A stretch of DNA of 56,955 nt, counting the filler, from Platydemus manokwari (Eukaryota): the NCBI GenBank assembly GCA_037951405.1. It is 5 parts of 5 records of this genome, joined end to end, with 100 filler letters (N's around TTAATTAATTAA, not from the genome) between each part and the next. Parts side by side here need not be neighbours in the genome. Positions count along the whole stretch, not along the records: positions 1 to 10,639 come from JBBMOY011117441.1; positions 10,740 to 19,909 come from JBBMOY011288539.1; 3 more parts are not named here. The stretch is one strand, 5' to 3'. Below, piece after piece: positions 1 through 11,516 of the stretch. A program made the position numbers and the translations under genes. The first letter of the stretch is position 1, and each line of letters begins with the position of its first letter. Under the pieces are notes generated by a model. It did not search any database, was not told where the DNA came from, and was given only the letters and a program-made list of their open reading frames with translations.

Positions 1-3000
1 TATAAATTCAATGTAAATGAAAGACCGCGAATTGTTGAGAAAATAAGATTGATAATCAATTTAGTTGAAACAAATCAGTTTGATAAAATTAATGAAGATT
101 TGGAAAAATTCATTACAAATATAGTACGCCGTTTAAAAAACATTTTCAAGAAGCCTCATGGTAAGAAGATTGATGATAAGAAACCTCAAGGTGAGAATAT
201 TGATGATAAGAAACCTCAAGGTGAGTCGATTGATAAAAAGAAACCTCAGGGTGAGACGATTGATGATAAAAAACCTCAAGGTGAGAATATTGATGGTAAG
301 GAACCTCAAGGTGAAACGATTGATGATAAGAAACCTCAGGGTGAGTCGATTGATAAAAAGAAACCTCAGGGTGAGAATATTGATAATAAAAAACCCCATG
401 ATGAGAAGTTTCATGATAAGAAGCTTAAACTGAAATATGATAGAAAAGTAAAATTTCTTACAATTATTCAATTCTTTAAAATAATCAATTGGGAAAAATT
501 TATCTATAAATTCAATGTAAATGAAAGACCGCGAATTGTTGAGAAAATAAGATTGATAATCAATTTAGTTGAAACAAATCAATTTGATAAAATTAAAGAA
601 GATTTGGAAAAATTCATTACAAATATTGTAGTCCGTTTTAAAATCATTTTAAAGAAACCTCACGGTAAGAAGATTGATGATAAGAAACCTCAGGGTCAGA
701 ATATTGATGATAAGAAACCTCAAGGTGAGACTATTGATGATAAGAAACCTCAATTTGAGAATATTGATGATAAGAAACCTCAAGGTGAATCGATTGATAA
801 AAAGAAACCTCAAGGTGAGACTATTGATGATAAGAAACCTCAAGGTGAGAATATTGATGATAAGAAACCTCAAGGTGAGACGATTGATGATATGAAACCT
901 CAAGGTGAGAATATTGATGATAAGAAATTTCAAGGAGAGAAAATTGTTGACAAGATACCTGAAGATGTGACGATTGATGATAAGAAACCCCCAGGTAAGA
1001 AAATTGATGATGAGAAGCTAAAAGTCATTTATGATAAAAATGTAAAATTTCTTACAATTATTCAATTCTTAAAAAAAATCAATTGGGAAAAATTTATTTA
1101 TAAGTTTAATCTAAATGAAAGACTGCGAATTATTGAGAAAATAAGATTGATAATTAATTTAGTTGAAAAGAATCAGCTTGATAATATTAATGTAGATTTG
1201 GAGAATTTTATAACAAGTATTGTTAACCAGTTTAAAAACATTTCTAATGCTTTTACAACAAGAGAAATAATAAATACAATTCATGTTTATTTACCAAGTA
1301 ATTGGAAAGATCTCCTTAGACGAATTCCTAGAATTGATCAAAATTTATGGATCGAGAGAATTAATTTTTTAGTATCAAAATTGAATGATACAAAAGCTGA
1401 GGTCAATGTCGATTATCTGAATGAATTGCAAAACATTATCGATTTGATTTATCAAGAAGATTTAAAATTTAAAAAAGAAAATAAGTTAAGTGTTCAATCT
1501 GTTAACGATTTCCGAGACAAATTAAGACAATTAAAAGAATGGAATTGGGAATCTCTTCAAATTTACATTGATGAGAAAATTCGTCAACAGATAATTAATG
1601 AGATTAAAAGATTTATGACTATTTCCGATAATAACAAGTTGGATGAACTAAATATTAAAACATACAATTGGTTTATACAAATATTTGGTATATTTTCCAA
1701 ATATAATGAAATTATTAAAAAAGGTTTCGTGTTTAATGCTCAGACTAAAGAATGGGAAAAGAAAATTGTAGAACCAGTTGGCGAAAATAAACCAAATAAA
1801 ACTGTTATTGACGAAAAAGTGAAAAATGACTTAATATCCCAAGTCAATCAATTGAAAAGTTGGAATTGGGAAACAATGTTGATATATGTGGATGAAAATA
1901 TGCGTAAGCAAACTAGAGATAATATTCAAAAGATAATCTCGATCATTGATAATAAACAATTTGATCAAATCGATAATCAATTTTTGAGTTGGTTTTTACA
2001 AATATTTGATATATTTGCCGAATATAATGAAAATGTTAAAAATGGTTTTGTTTTTAATGCTCAGACTAAAGAATGGGAAAAGAAAATTGTAATACAAGTT
2101 GGCGAAAATAAACCAAATAAAACTGTTATTGACGAAAAAGTGAAAAATGACTTAATTTTCAAAGTCAACCAATTGAAAAGTTGGAATTGGGAAACAATGT
2201 TGATATATGTGGATGAAAATATTCGTAAGCAAATTAGAGATAATATTCAAAAGATAATCTCGATCATTGATAATAAACAATTCGATCAAATCGATAGTCA
2301 ATATGTGAATAATTTTGTACAAATATTTGGTACATTTTCCAAATATAATGAAAATATTAAAAATGGTTTTGTGTTTAATGCTCAGACTAAAGTGTGGGAA
2401 AAGAAAATTGTAGGGCCAGTTGGCGAAAATAAACCCACTAAAACTGTTATTGACGAAAAAGTGAAAAACGACTTAATATCCCAAGTCAATCAATTGAAAA
2501 GTTGGAATTGGGAAACAATGTTGATATATGTGGATGAAAATATTCGTAACCAAATTAGAGATAATATTCAAAAGATGATCTCGATCGTTGATAATAAACA
2601 ATTCGATCAAATCGATAGTCAATTTGTGAGTTGGTTTTTACAAATATTTGGTATATTTTCCAAATATAATGAAAATATTAAAACTGGTTTCGTGTTTAAT
2701 GCTCAGACTAAAGTATGGGAAAAGAAAATTGGCAAGACTTTCCGAAAAAAAAGGAATATTTATGTAGAACGAAGAGAAAAGATAAATTCACATCACAGAG
2801 TGGGATCTGTCGAACACAATAAACACATTGGAATAAATAGTGGGAATTCAAAAGTCGGTGTAGGAAATACTGTGCATGAACAATTTCAAATTAAAAGTAA
2901 AAATATTATAAAAGATAGATATAAAGTTGGGGAAGATAGATCCAAAGTTATTCAGATGGTCAGTTCTCGTGGTCATGGAATAAAAATGGTTGGCGGGGTT

Positions 3001-3203
3001 CACTTTTATCCTTTAATTGGTCTCAATTTAAGGTAATTTTAATTTTTCACACTGACTTATTGATTTCAAAATTTAGGAAACATTCAAGCTTGAATCGTTT
3101 TCACTTCTGTACATATGTTCGAAAGGTCGACAGTGGATTCTTAACAAAATTCACCAATTGTGGAATTAGACAACAATTCATTTGCAAAAAACAATTGAAT
3201 TAA
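1..3203 (+). CDS. Split C-type lectin / giant helical-repeat protein, paralog A (5' part lies upstream of the window)
   Basis: Frame is open from position 1 to donor AG|GTAATT at 3032/3033. A 44-nt intron (3033-3076) leads to terminal exon 3077-3203 encoding KHSSLNRFHFCTYVRKVDSGFLTKFTNCGIRQQFICKKQLN*, which matches the C...C...FIC pattern of a CTLD C-terminal half. Homologous to the gene at 6653-10414. Confidence 0.85.
148..420 (+). repeat. 30-bp coding minisatellite (KKPQGENIDD)n, cluster 1, ~9 units
   Basis: Units of AAGAAACCTCAAGGTGAGAATATTGATGAT are visible directly. Confidence 0.95.
652..1017 (+). repeat. 30-bp coding minisatellite (KKPQGENIDD)n, cluster 2, ~12 units
   Basis: Same unit as cluster 1. 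Part of a larger duplication whose units start near 1, 505 and 1099. Confidence 0.95.
1666..2730 (+). repeat. 321-bp (107-aa) near-identical coding tandem repeat, ~3.3 units
   Basis: GCTCAGACTAAAG recurs at 1738, 2059, 2380 and 2701, an exact 321-bp period. Confidence 0.95.
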
Positions 3204-3669
3204 AAATATAAACCTAAATTACAATTTGTTTTTTGTCAATAGTTCAACATTTATTAAAGAATTGATATCAAAACATTAATCAATAACTTAATGCTTTCTC
3301 TCAAATTTGAGACCGCATTCAATTAAAATAATTTATAAATTTGTACATTTCTCCTCAAAATATTTCGTTTTAGGATAATCGAATTTAATTGTATTCTCTA
3401 TAGAAATTGTTTCGAGTTGCTTTGCAAATTTAAGATTGTAATTTGTGGTCGATATCTTTTCGTTTTAAAGATTTGTGTCTATTATTTTCGTCAAAAGTTT
3501 TCTTGAGTAGTTATTATGTTTTACACATTAAGTCCTTCGTGGATTAGAACTCGTAGCAAAGAGTTTGTTATCTTTTTATTTTATTTATTATATTTTTTTA
3601 GCTTATTATTTATACACTGTTCATGATTTCATGCCGTATTTATTTTACAAATTCTAATTTGTACAAGAT

Positions 3670-4020
3670 AATTTAGCCTAAGTTATGAAAAATGGCTCTA
3701 AAATAAAAAATTTAGTTTTAGGTGCATTATAAAAAATTTATAGTAATTAATTAATATAATTCTAAATTTTTGTTTAATTGTCAGAAAAAAATATCTGTGA
3801 AATCGAAAATTAGATAAAACAGAGCTTTAGTATTTTATTAACATGACTACTTGAAAAATCGTTCATAAATGTCAAATTTCAATAAATCGAAAATTAGAGA
3901 TGGAAACTAATTTTACAATTAGAATGAATTTGTGAGAATTTTACATTTATTTTACAAAAACAATTGATATTCGATTATTAAAACATGTCGGGTTTTGTTA
4001 GGACGTTATGTCATCTAATG
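3670..4020 (-). repeat. Diverged copy of an AT-rich dispersed repeat, reverse orientation relative to 34650-35010
   Basis: By-eye similarity to the reverse complement of 34650-35010 (CTAAAATAAAAA...CAGAGCTT...TTGAAAAA blocks in the same order). Confidence 0.55.
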
Positions 4021-4439
4021 TTTTATTGAATATCTTCCTAACTTTAGATATCTACATGGCATTATTAACCATTTAAAATTGTTTATCAACCCAGGAAATC
4101 GATTTATGTGCAACCACAATAATGAAGTACTTTTGAAATCCAGTTAGTTCATATAATTTTTCTCTAAATTTATAATTCTTTTTTAAAATTAATTTTGATA
4201 TGAAATTTTAAAAAATATTCCTGAAATTAAAATATTAAAATTAAGATGAAAATTTCATCAAAATGGAATTAGATTAAAGTGCCCATAATTTTTTGTTATA
4301 TTATTTATTTATGTTTTATTATGTTATTTTCTAAATACCCTTATTATATTATATTTTAATAAAATAACTTTTGCTTAATTTGTGTTTCAAAGTGGTTTGG
4401 AATTGCCGTCATCCATTGAATAGCTTTTGACTATAATGA

Positions 4440-5060
4440 CCTTGTTTAAAAGGGCAACCAAAAAGTTCCCACTGAAGATGCAAATTTTAAAAATGTGAGT
4501 AATTCACATTGTGCTGTCCCGCAATAGCGTTGAAATGAGTGTCTTCAGTACCAACTTTAATAAGAACAGTAGACAGATAATCCGTTGTTTTCATAACAAG
4601 CATGAATTAGGCATTTGTATTACTCTACTATAGATTATAATAGTGAATTTGATTTGATACTTGCAAGACGAAGTATCTCTTGAATTTCCCTCACAATTGC
4701 AAAACATCATAATAATTGGTAGAGTCAGGATTAAAGTTAGTAATTGATATGGATTGTGTTAGATCATTATATACAAAAAATTACTCTTCTAGGCCAAGTT
4801 CATTAATAACATTAAAAACATAAGAAATGTTAAAAAATTGTCGAAGTTGCATATGCCTAAAAACAAAATCAATATTTCAAGATTTGATTCATCATGACTA
4901 TATCCATTAGTAAGGTAGTTATTAGTATTCGGAATGATGTCCTTTCACTCAATGGAACCACCACAGCCCAACGATATTAAGGAATAAAATTTGGTGGAAA
5001 TCCAGTTTCCGTTTATTTTCATGGATATACTCTTGTTCGAAAGACTACGATTTGTGGACA
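4440..5060 (-). pseudogene. Decayed multi-exon gene, possibly F5/8 type C (discoidin)-like
   Basis: Partly splice-flanked peptides HMQLRQFFNISYVFNV, DYLSTVLIKVGTEDTHF and WELFGCPF. No continuous frame could be built. Confidence 0.25.
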
Positions 5061-6610
5061 GCTGAATGACATAAAAGCAAATCATTACTCCTCAATTAAC
5101 CTTATAGGCTGTTAGTGATAAATCAGATCATTAGAATCAAAATAAATTTTTAAAAAATTTGGAATCATTAAAGATTTGCCTTTATATTCCATGGTCCTGG
5201 AAAACACCTTTAATCGGGTCCAGCCAATAGTTAATTTATTTTATTCTTTCATAGACAAGCAGAACCCAACAGCAGTTATCAACATTTACTGGTAAAAACA
5301 GCTTAAATATTTGTTGATAAACTATAAAAGTATCATAGGGTATTTTGTATTTGTTTATGATTTCGGACATAATAATCGTATCAATGAAATTAAAATACAT
5401 CAATATCAAGATTAAATGATAATCGATAATTAAAAAATCAAATCATTAAAGTTTATAAAAATCGAATCAGTTTGGATGGGCCTTTGAGAACTAGTAACTC
5501 ATTCTCACAAATATCCTATAAATAGTTTTGTGCGTCTGTGTTTTTTAGGTGGCTTATACTTTACATGTGAAATTTCATGTTTTGTTTGGTCTCCTGGAAA
5601 GAATGCTTTGTATGTGTAAGTACGATATGTGAAGACAATGTCTATACTGGTACTCTTTAAACAAAATTTCTAATAAATGATGAAATCTTGATGTTACCCT
5701 GAAGAACATTATATTATTTATAAATATAAACACAACCACAGCACACAATCCTTATAAAGAGATTGAAATACATATTGAAATCCAACAGCCTAAATAATAA
5801 TAAAATATAAACACCAATATTTAGCTCACCATTAAAATAGTGATGATGAGACACTAATATTGCTGGGTTTTTATCTTTCATATCTGAATTTTGGAGCATT
5901 TTATCTACTTTGTAGTCTAGATTTCCACTAAAGTGTTCACAGCAATTAAGTAAGTTAAGTTAATATTGTTTGAAACTAAATCTAAAAACGTTATTTTGAA
6001 CTTTATTACATACGAAAAGGGGTAATTTTAACAAATATTATTAAATAATAAACTAATTAAAAAGCTACAAAGAAATTAGGTCACTAATGAATTGATAAAA
6101 CAAATGACGAGTATTTATGAAAATTAAATTAGTAAATTTATTAAACATGTTTTAATATTAAGTGGACTTTGTTGAATAACAGGGAAAATTGAAATTAAAA
6201 TGATGATAGAAAAATAAATATTTATACTTCACCTTAACAAGAAGACCAAGATTGCTTGAATCTGTATGATCGTGGTATACAATGTAAATCTCTTACGATT
6301 CCAGATCAAATTATATGACTCATTCCGCCCAAAAATAACAGAAAATGTGCAATAATCATTATGATTTCAATAATGTATCAAGATATAACAAAAAGTACTT
6401 CAACAAAAAATATATTAGGAAATTCTATTAGATTCATTCCATGTGGTTTATCAAAATCAATATCATAAAAAATTGAAAAAGGTAAATATGGTTCTTCTAT
6501 TTCAAAATGTTTAATTCTACAGCAACGGATTTAACGTGAGTATGAATTTCACAATTATATGATAATGGCTCTCAAGATAGGCATTTGCAAATCCATATGA
6601 TTCAAGAATT

Positions 6611-6618
6611 TATATAAA
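6611..6618 (+). promoter_or_regulatory. Candidate TATA box of split-lectin paralog B
   Basis: TATATAAA ~35 nt upstream of ATG 6653. The AT-rich background weakens the call. Confidence 0.4.
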
Positions 6619-6652
6619 TAATTGAGCAAACATCAAGGTGTAAAACTCAAAA

Positions 6653-9600
6653 ATGAAAAAGATTTTGTTAGCAATTAAATTGTTAATGCTCGTACATCTA
6701 TGTAAGATTTGCAGTTACTATGTCGATTTTGTTTTTCATTAATAAATTTGATTTTCAAAGGTACATCAATTTGCAGCGACGCGTTAGACGAAGAATTTGG
6801 TACAAAATTTGAAATTAACTATTTGTTATCTTTATTAATGGTTTTTTAGAACGATATTGTGTACAAAACGAAGCTTGTTACTTTGTTTCGAAATTTAAAA
6901 CGACTTATGAAGATGCACAATCGATATGTGAACAAAAGATTCACCAAAGCCCTGCACCACTTATTGAGAAAGACAAGGTTTTTTCAACCATAGACAAGAT
7001 TTTACAATAATAAATAATAATTGTAGATTGTTTTAGTAAACAAAACTAATAAGAATAGCTATTGGGTGGTCGATCCTGCTAAAGAACCAGGTGGAAGGTA
7101 AGATATATTTATTTTAATTTATGGAATCCAAATTCAGTAAATAAAACATTTTTACAGGAAAAATTACATTATTATTTGACTAAAAATAAATCAAAATTTC
7201 CTTTTAAAGATTCTAAAATTATTAAAAGGTTTACAATTTCGTACCAAAGAATATTTTCAGGCTAAATTTAATTGTCAATAAAAGAATTATACTAATGTAA
7301 ATTATTATCGATAACATGCTGAAATATTGTAGACATTTTGGATCAAGAAAGAAATTCAATATCAAATTGAAACCTTTCAAAAGACAGAAAATAACTACAG
7401 TAGGCCATATAAAAATTGCTAAATTCAAACATGCATTGTTGCGAATTCTGGAAAAATACTCCAAAATTCTAGAAGAATCAAAGTGGTTTGCTTTTCTTAA
7501 TTATTACGAAGAGAGTGATCAACCAGTTATAGAACACAGAATAAAAACATTTGTTAAATTAGTAAACAAGAAAGATTTTGACTATATCGATAGAGATACG
7601 GCTGAATTCATTACAGAAGCTGTGGCGAAATTAATAGAATACGAAACAAGATATCTCATTGATAATATGTATGATGTTAACAAAAAATTGTCACTATTCA
7701 AAAGATTTGTGAAATACATTTCATTACTGGAAGAAATAAATTGGGAAGAATTGGTTAAAATTTATGATGAATACAGGAGTGATGAAATAATAAAACGAAT
7801 GAAGATATTCATCGATTCCGTTAGAAATTTGCAATTAGAAAATTTAGATGAAAATTCAATTGAATTAGTAAGACATATTGTGAAACCAATATTAAAAATC
7901 AAAATAAGAATTCTTTTCGATCATGATCAAGATAAGGAAAGAGCCCAATCAATTATGGATACATCGAAAAAATATGTAAGCATATTAGAACATTTAAAAT
8001 GGAAAGAAATCGCAGAAAAAGTTGAAGAAAGTAAGAAAAAAGAAATAAAAGAGAAAATAACGACATTCATGGAATCAGTAAGACAAGGTAAAAAGGAAAA
8101 TATTAATATCGAATCAATAAATTCAATAAACGAAATAATAACGATATTAGAGACACTACAAATAAAGTTAATATACAGTTTGAAAAATAATAACAACATT
8201 TACAATGCAATAATAAACGCAAGTAAAAGTTTTATAGACATAATGCAAACATTAGATTGGAAAAATTTGATAAAATATTTCGAAGAAAAAGTTAGAGGAG
8301 ATATTGATAAAAAAATTAACACGATTATCAAATTGAGTAATGAAAATAAAGAAAGTAAAATAACTATAGATTTATTGAATAATATACATGAAATTGTCAC
8401 ACATTTCCAAAGGATTACAATCAGAGAAGCCTGTAATTGCGATACCTTTGAAAAAGCAGACGAAAATTACGAAAATCATATGTTAGTTGTACAATATTTG
8501 ATGAAAAATAAATGGAAGGAAATGGTTCAACACATACATATCAATAAAAGACATGAAGTCATAGAACAAATAAAATTATTTATAAAACTTGTGAGGGACA
8601 AAGAAATTAACAAAATAAATGGCAAAATGCAAAACGAAATCATAAAAATAGCAGAAAAATTAACTGAAATACAAATAAAACAGGACAAAAATAGAATATT
8701 CCGAAACATAATCACTTATTTTAAAGGATTGCAGTGGGAAAACCTTTTAAAATATTTCGATGCAAATCAAAGATCGGATATTACAGATAAAATAAAATCA
8801 GCTATCAATATTGTCACAAATAAGAATTATGGAGAAATAACGAGTGATTTATACAAATATATAGAAGGAATTTATCACAAATTCAAGCAATACGATATTG
8901 AACACGAAAAACCAAGCCATGTCACTGTCACTGATAAACATAGAGATTTTGTAAGTAGTGTTCGATTCTTACAAGGTGCTAAATGGGAAGGGCTTTTGAA
9001 ACATTTTGATGAAAAAGAAAGACCCGAGATCAGAGACAAAGTGAATTTAGCTATAAAACTCGTTCATAATAAGGAATACAATAAAATCGATGATAATTTA
9101 CACAAATTCATTCATACCGTCACTAAAAGATTTAAAAAATTTGATATCGATCTTTACAAACTAAGTGAAAAGAACATTTATGATATCACTGTAAAATTAA
9201 ATCAATTAATAAAATGGAAATGGAATAGTTTGATGATATATTGGCATGTTATTATCAGGTCAGAAATAGAAAAATATATTGAAAAATTTGTCAGTGCCGT
9301 TGATAAGAAACAATTTGATAATTTAGATTTAGAAAGTTTTAATAAATTTGTTCAAATTTTTGATACCTTTGCTAGAATAAAGAAATCTCTTGAACATGGA
9401 TATATTTTCAATTTTAAATCCGACACTTGGGAAAAGCCTAAATCACATATTTTAGACTCAGTAACTGGTAAATATGTTTTACCACCGACAGCCATAGCTG
9501 GTTTAATCGATAAAGTTACAAAATTATTAAAATATGATTGGAAGACTCTTATAGAGTATATTGATGAAAGCAATCGTAAACAAATTTCCGTAAAATTCTC

Positions 9601-10414
9601 TACAATTATTACACTCATTGAAACGAAGCAGTTTGACAAAATTACTGTTAAATATCTCAAATTTTTCGAACACACTTACAATACATTTGCACAGTTATAT
9701 CATCTAATCCAAAATGGATATGTTTATAATGTTCAATCTCAAGTTTGGGTAAGAAAAGTTCAAGTGAAATCAGTTCATATCGCTAAAACAGTTATTGATG
9801 TAAAAACAAAATCGGATCTAGTACAAAAAGTGAACCAACTAAAACAAATGAAATGGCAAACCATGTTGTCATTTGTCGACATAAATAGTCGTCAACAAAT
9901 TAGCGAACATGTTACTAAAACAATTACAACCGTTGAAAATGAACAATTTTCTCAAATCACTGTGGATCATTTTAATACTTTCTCGAGTGTTTTTAATACC
10001 TTTTCTAAAATGAATACGTTCTTGCAAAGTGGATACACGTTCAATACGGAATCTAGCGTATGGGAAAGTTCAGAAAGTTCGACAGTTGAAACTATTTCTC
10101 GTAAGAAAAGATCACTATTGTCCGAATTTCGTGAAAAAATAGCTAATAAAATATCGAGAGAATTTCATTTATTTCGTGAAACAAAGAATCGACTTGGTGA
10201 CATTCTTCGAAAACCTCTAAACTGGTTAAGCTCGAAGTATTTTTATTTTGATATATATTTACTTTTATGATACTATAATTCCCTTAGGAAACTTTCAATC
10301 TTTAATCCGTACCGATTATGCACTTACGTGAGAAAAAGCGGCAATGAATTCTTAACAAAATTCACAAATTGTGGAATAAAACAACAATTTATTTGCAAAA
10401 AGAAATTGAGTTAA
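6653..10414 (+). CDS. Secreted split C-type lectin-like protein with a 968-codon helical-repeat insert, paralog B (complete)
   Basis: Exons 6653-6701, 6761-6799, 6850-6977, 7027-7097, 7333-10236 and 10288-10414, all GT-AG and phase-compatible. Signal-peptide-like MKKILLAIKLLMLVHLCTSICS. CTLD N-half YCVQNEACYFVSKFKTTYEDAQSICEQ...SYWVV. C-half LCTYVRK...FTNCGIKQQFICKK*. Optional extra exon 7138-7228. Confidence 0.85.
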
Positions 10415-10639
10415 ATAAAACACTCTAAATTGCATTTTGATTGATATCTAATGCTTATATATTATACTTTTATGTCATTACTGAAAAGATATTTTATAAT
10501 GATTCTGAGGTTATAAAAAAATTATATTAAGGTTACATTTTTGTGCAAAAGGTTAATTTTTGGGCTAAGGTATAGACTACTCTGAACATTGTTTTATCAA
10601 ACTAATTTAATCTAAAAGTTGACCTACATATTATGAATA

Positions 10640-10739
10640 NNNNNNNNNNNNNNNNNNNNNNNNNNNNNNNNNNNNNNNNNNNNTTAATTAATTAANNNNN
10701 NNNNNNNNNNNNNNNNNNNNNNNNNNNNNNNNNNNNNNN
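10640..10739. other. Artificial contig linker 44N-TTAATTAATTAA-44N
   Basis: Identical 100-bp structure occurs four times. The palindrome puts TAA in all six frames. Confidence 0.97.
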
Positions 10740-11516
10740 TCACTTTGAAATACCGATTGAGCATATGTCTTCTTGATGGCGTTTATGGGCTTCGTCGGAG
10801 TTAACTTCTCAAAATTAACAGCTAGCTCTCTTCTTCTATCGTCGGACATTGCAGGGTCGAGAGTAAATGACTCAATTTCTTGCTATTTAGACCTTGCAAA
10901 ATAAATAATATTGAAATTTCTTCAAGAGTGTTTTTCTTGTCAAACACTTCCAAAACTAGCTTCTTTACCCGAAGTTCATAACTGCGATATTTTTCATCTG
11001 GTCTCTGATGCATTGATGCCTAATTCTGAACCTTGTCATAAGCTGTTTTGGCGTGTGAAAATGTTTCTAAAAACTATTTCTCAATTTCTTCATTTGAAAC
11101 AGCCTCTTTGAAACTGCGGAATTCTTGCCACAGTTGTTTGGCGTCATCTCTCAAAAGCATGTCAAATGCAAACGATAACTCCATTTGATTAAAGGTCGCG
11201 AAATCTTTTGTTGCTTGGAAACATTTCTCAGCGTCTTGGTTTGATGAATCGAAGAATGAGGGTTTCGGAATTAATAGCTCCTGAGTTTTTTGTGACAGAT
11301 TTGCAAATATTTTTGCATCTCTTCTCGTTTATTTCTAGTCAGAGCGTAAATTTCGGTGTGGTTACCAGTTAAAACATATGTCTTGTCCATCAAGATATTA
11401 TTAACCTTAAAAAGTATCAATTAAATCACAACACAACAATTGATTAATGCCATATCACTAAAACAAACAACAATACGCAAAAGTTTGTAGCTGTTGATTA
11501 AGTTTAGAATTTAACA
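10740..11516 (-). mobile_element. Ty3/gypsy-like LTR retrotransposon 5' part: LTR (~11368-11516), PBS and gag pseudogene, truncated at the gap
   Basis: Minus strand reads TGTTAAA...TTTTAAC followed by TGGTAACCACACCG (PBS-like). Translation LLRDDAKQLWQEF...*FLETF...*ASMHQRPDEKYRSYELRVKKL fits the retrotransposon Gag capsid pattern and carries in-frame stops. Confidence 0.75.

Noticed and set aside
133-933. Overlapping repetitive ORFs (133-471 -, 158-433 +, 649-933 -, 674-895 +)
   Set aside because: Shadow frames of the 30-bp coding minisatellite.
49-10270. The two ~1000-aa ORFs as intronless viral or prokaryotic genes
   Set aside because: Both end at phase-2 donors leading to homologous terminal exons, and the predicted starts (TTG at 49, ATG at 7316) are internal or intronic.
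10684-10695. TTAATTAATTAA palindrome recurring four times as a biological motif
   Set aside because: It is always centred in identical N runs, so it is a six-frame-stop assembly linker.
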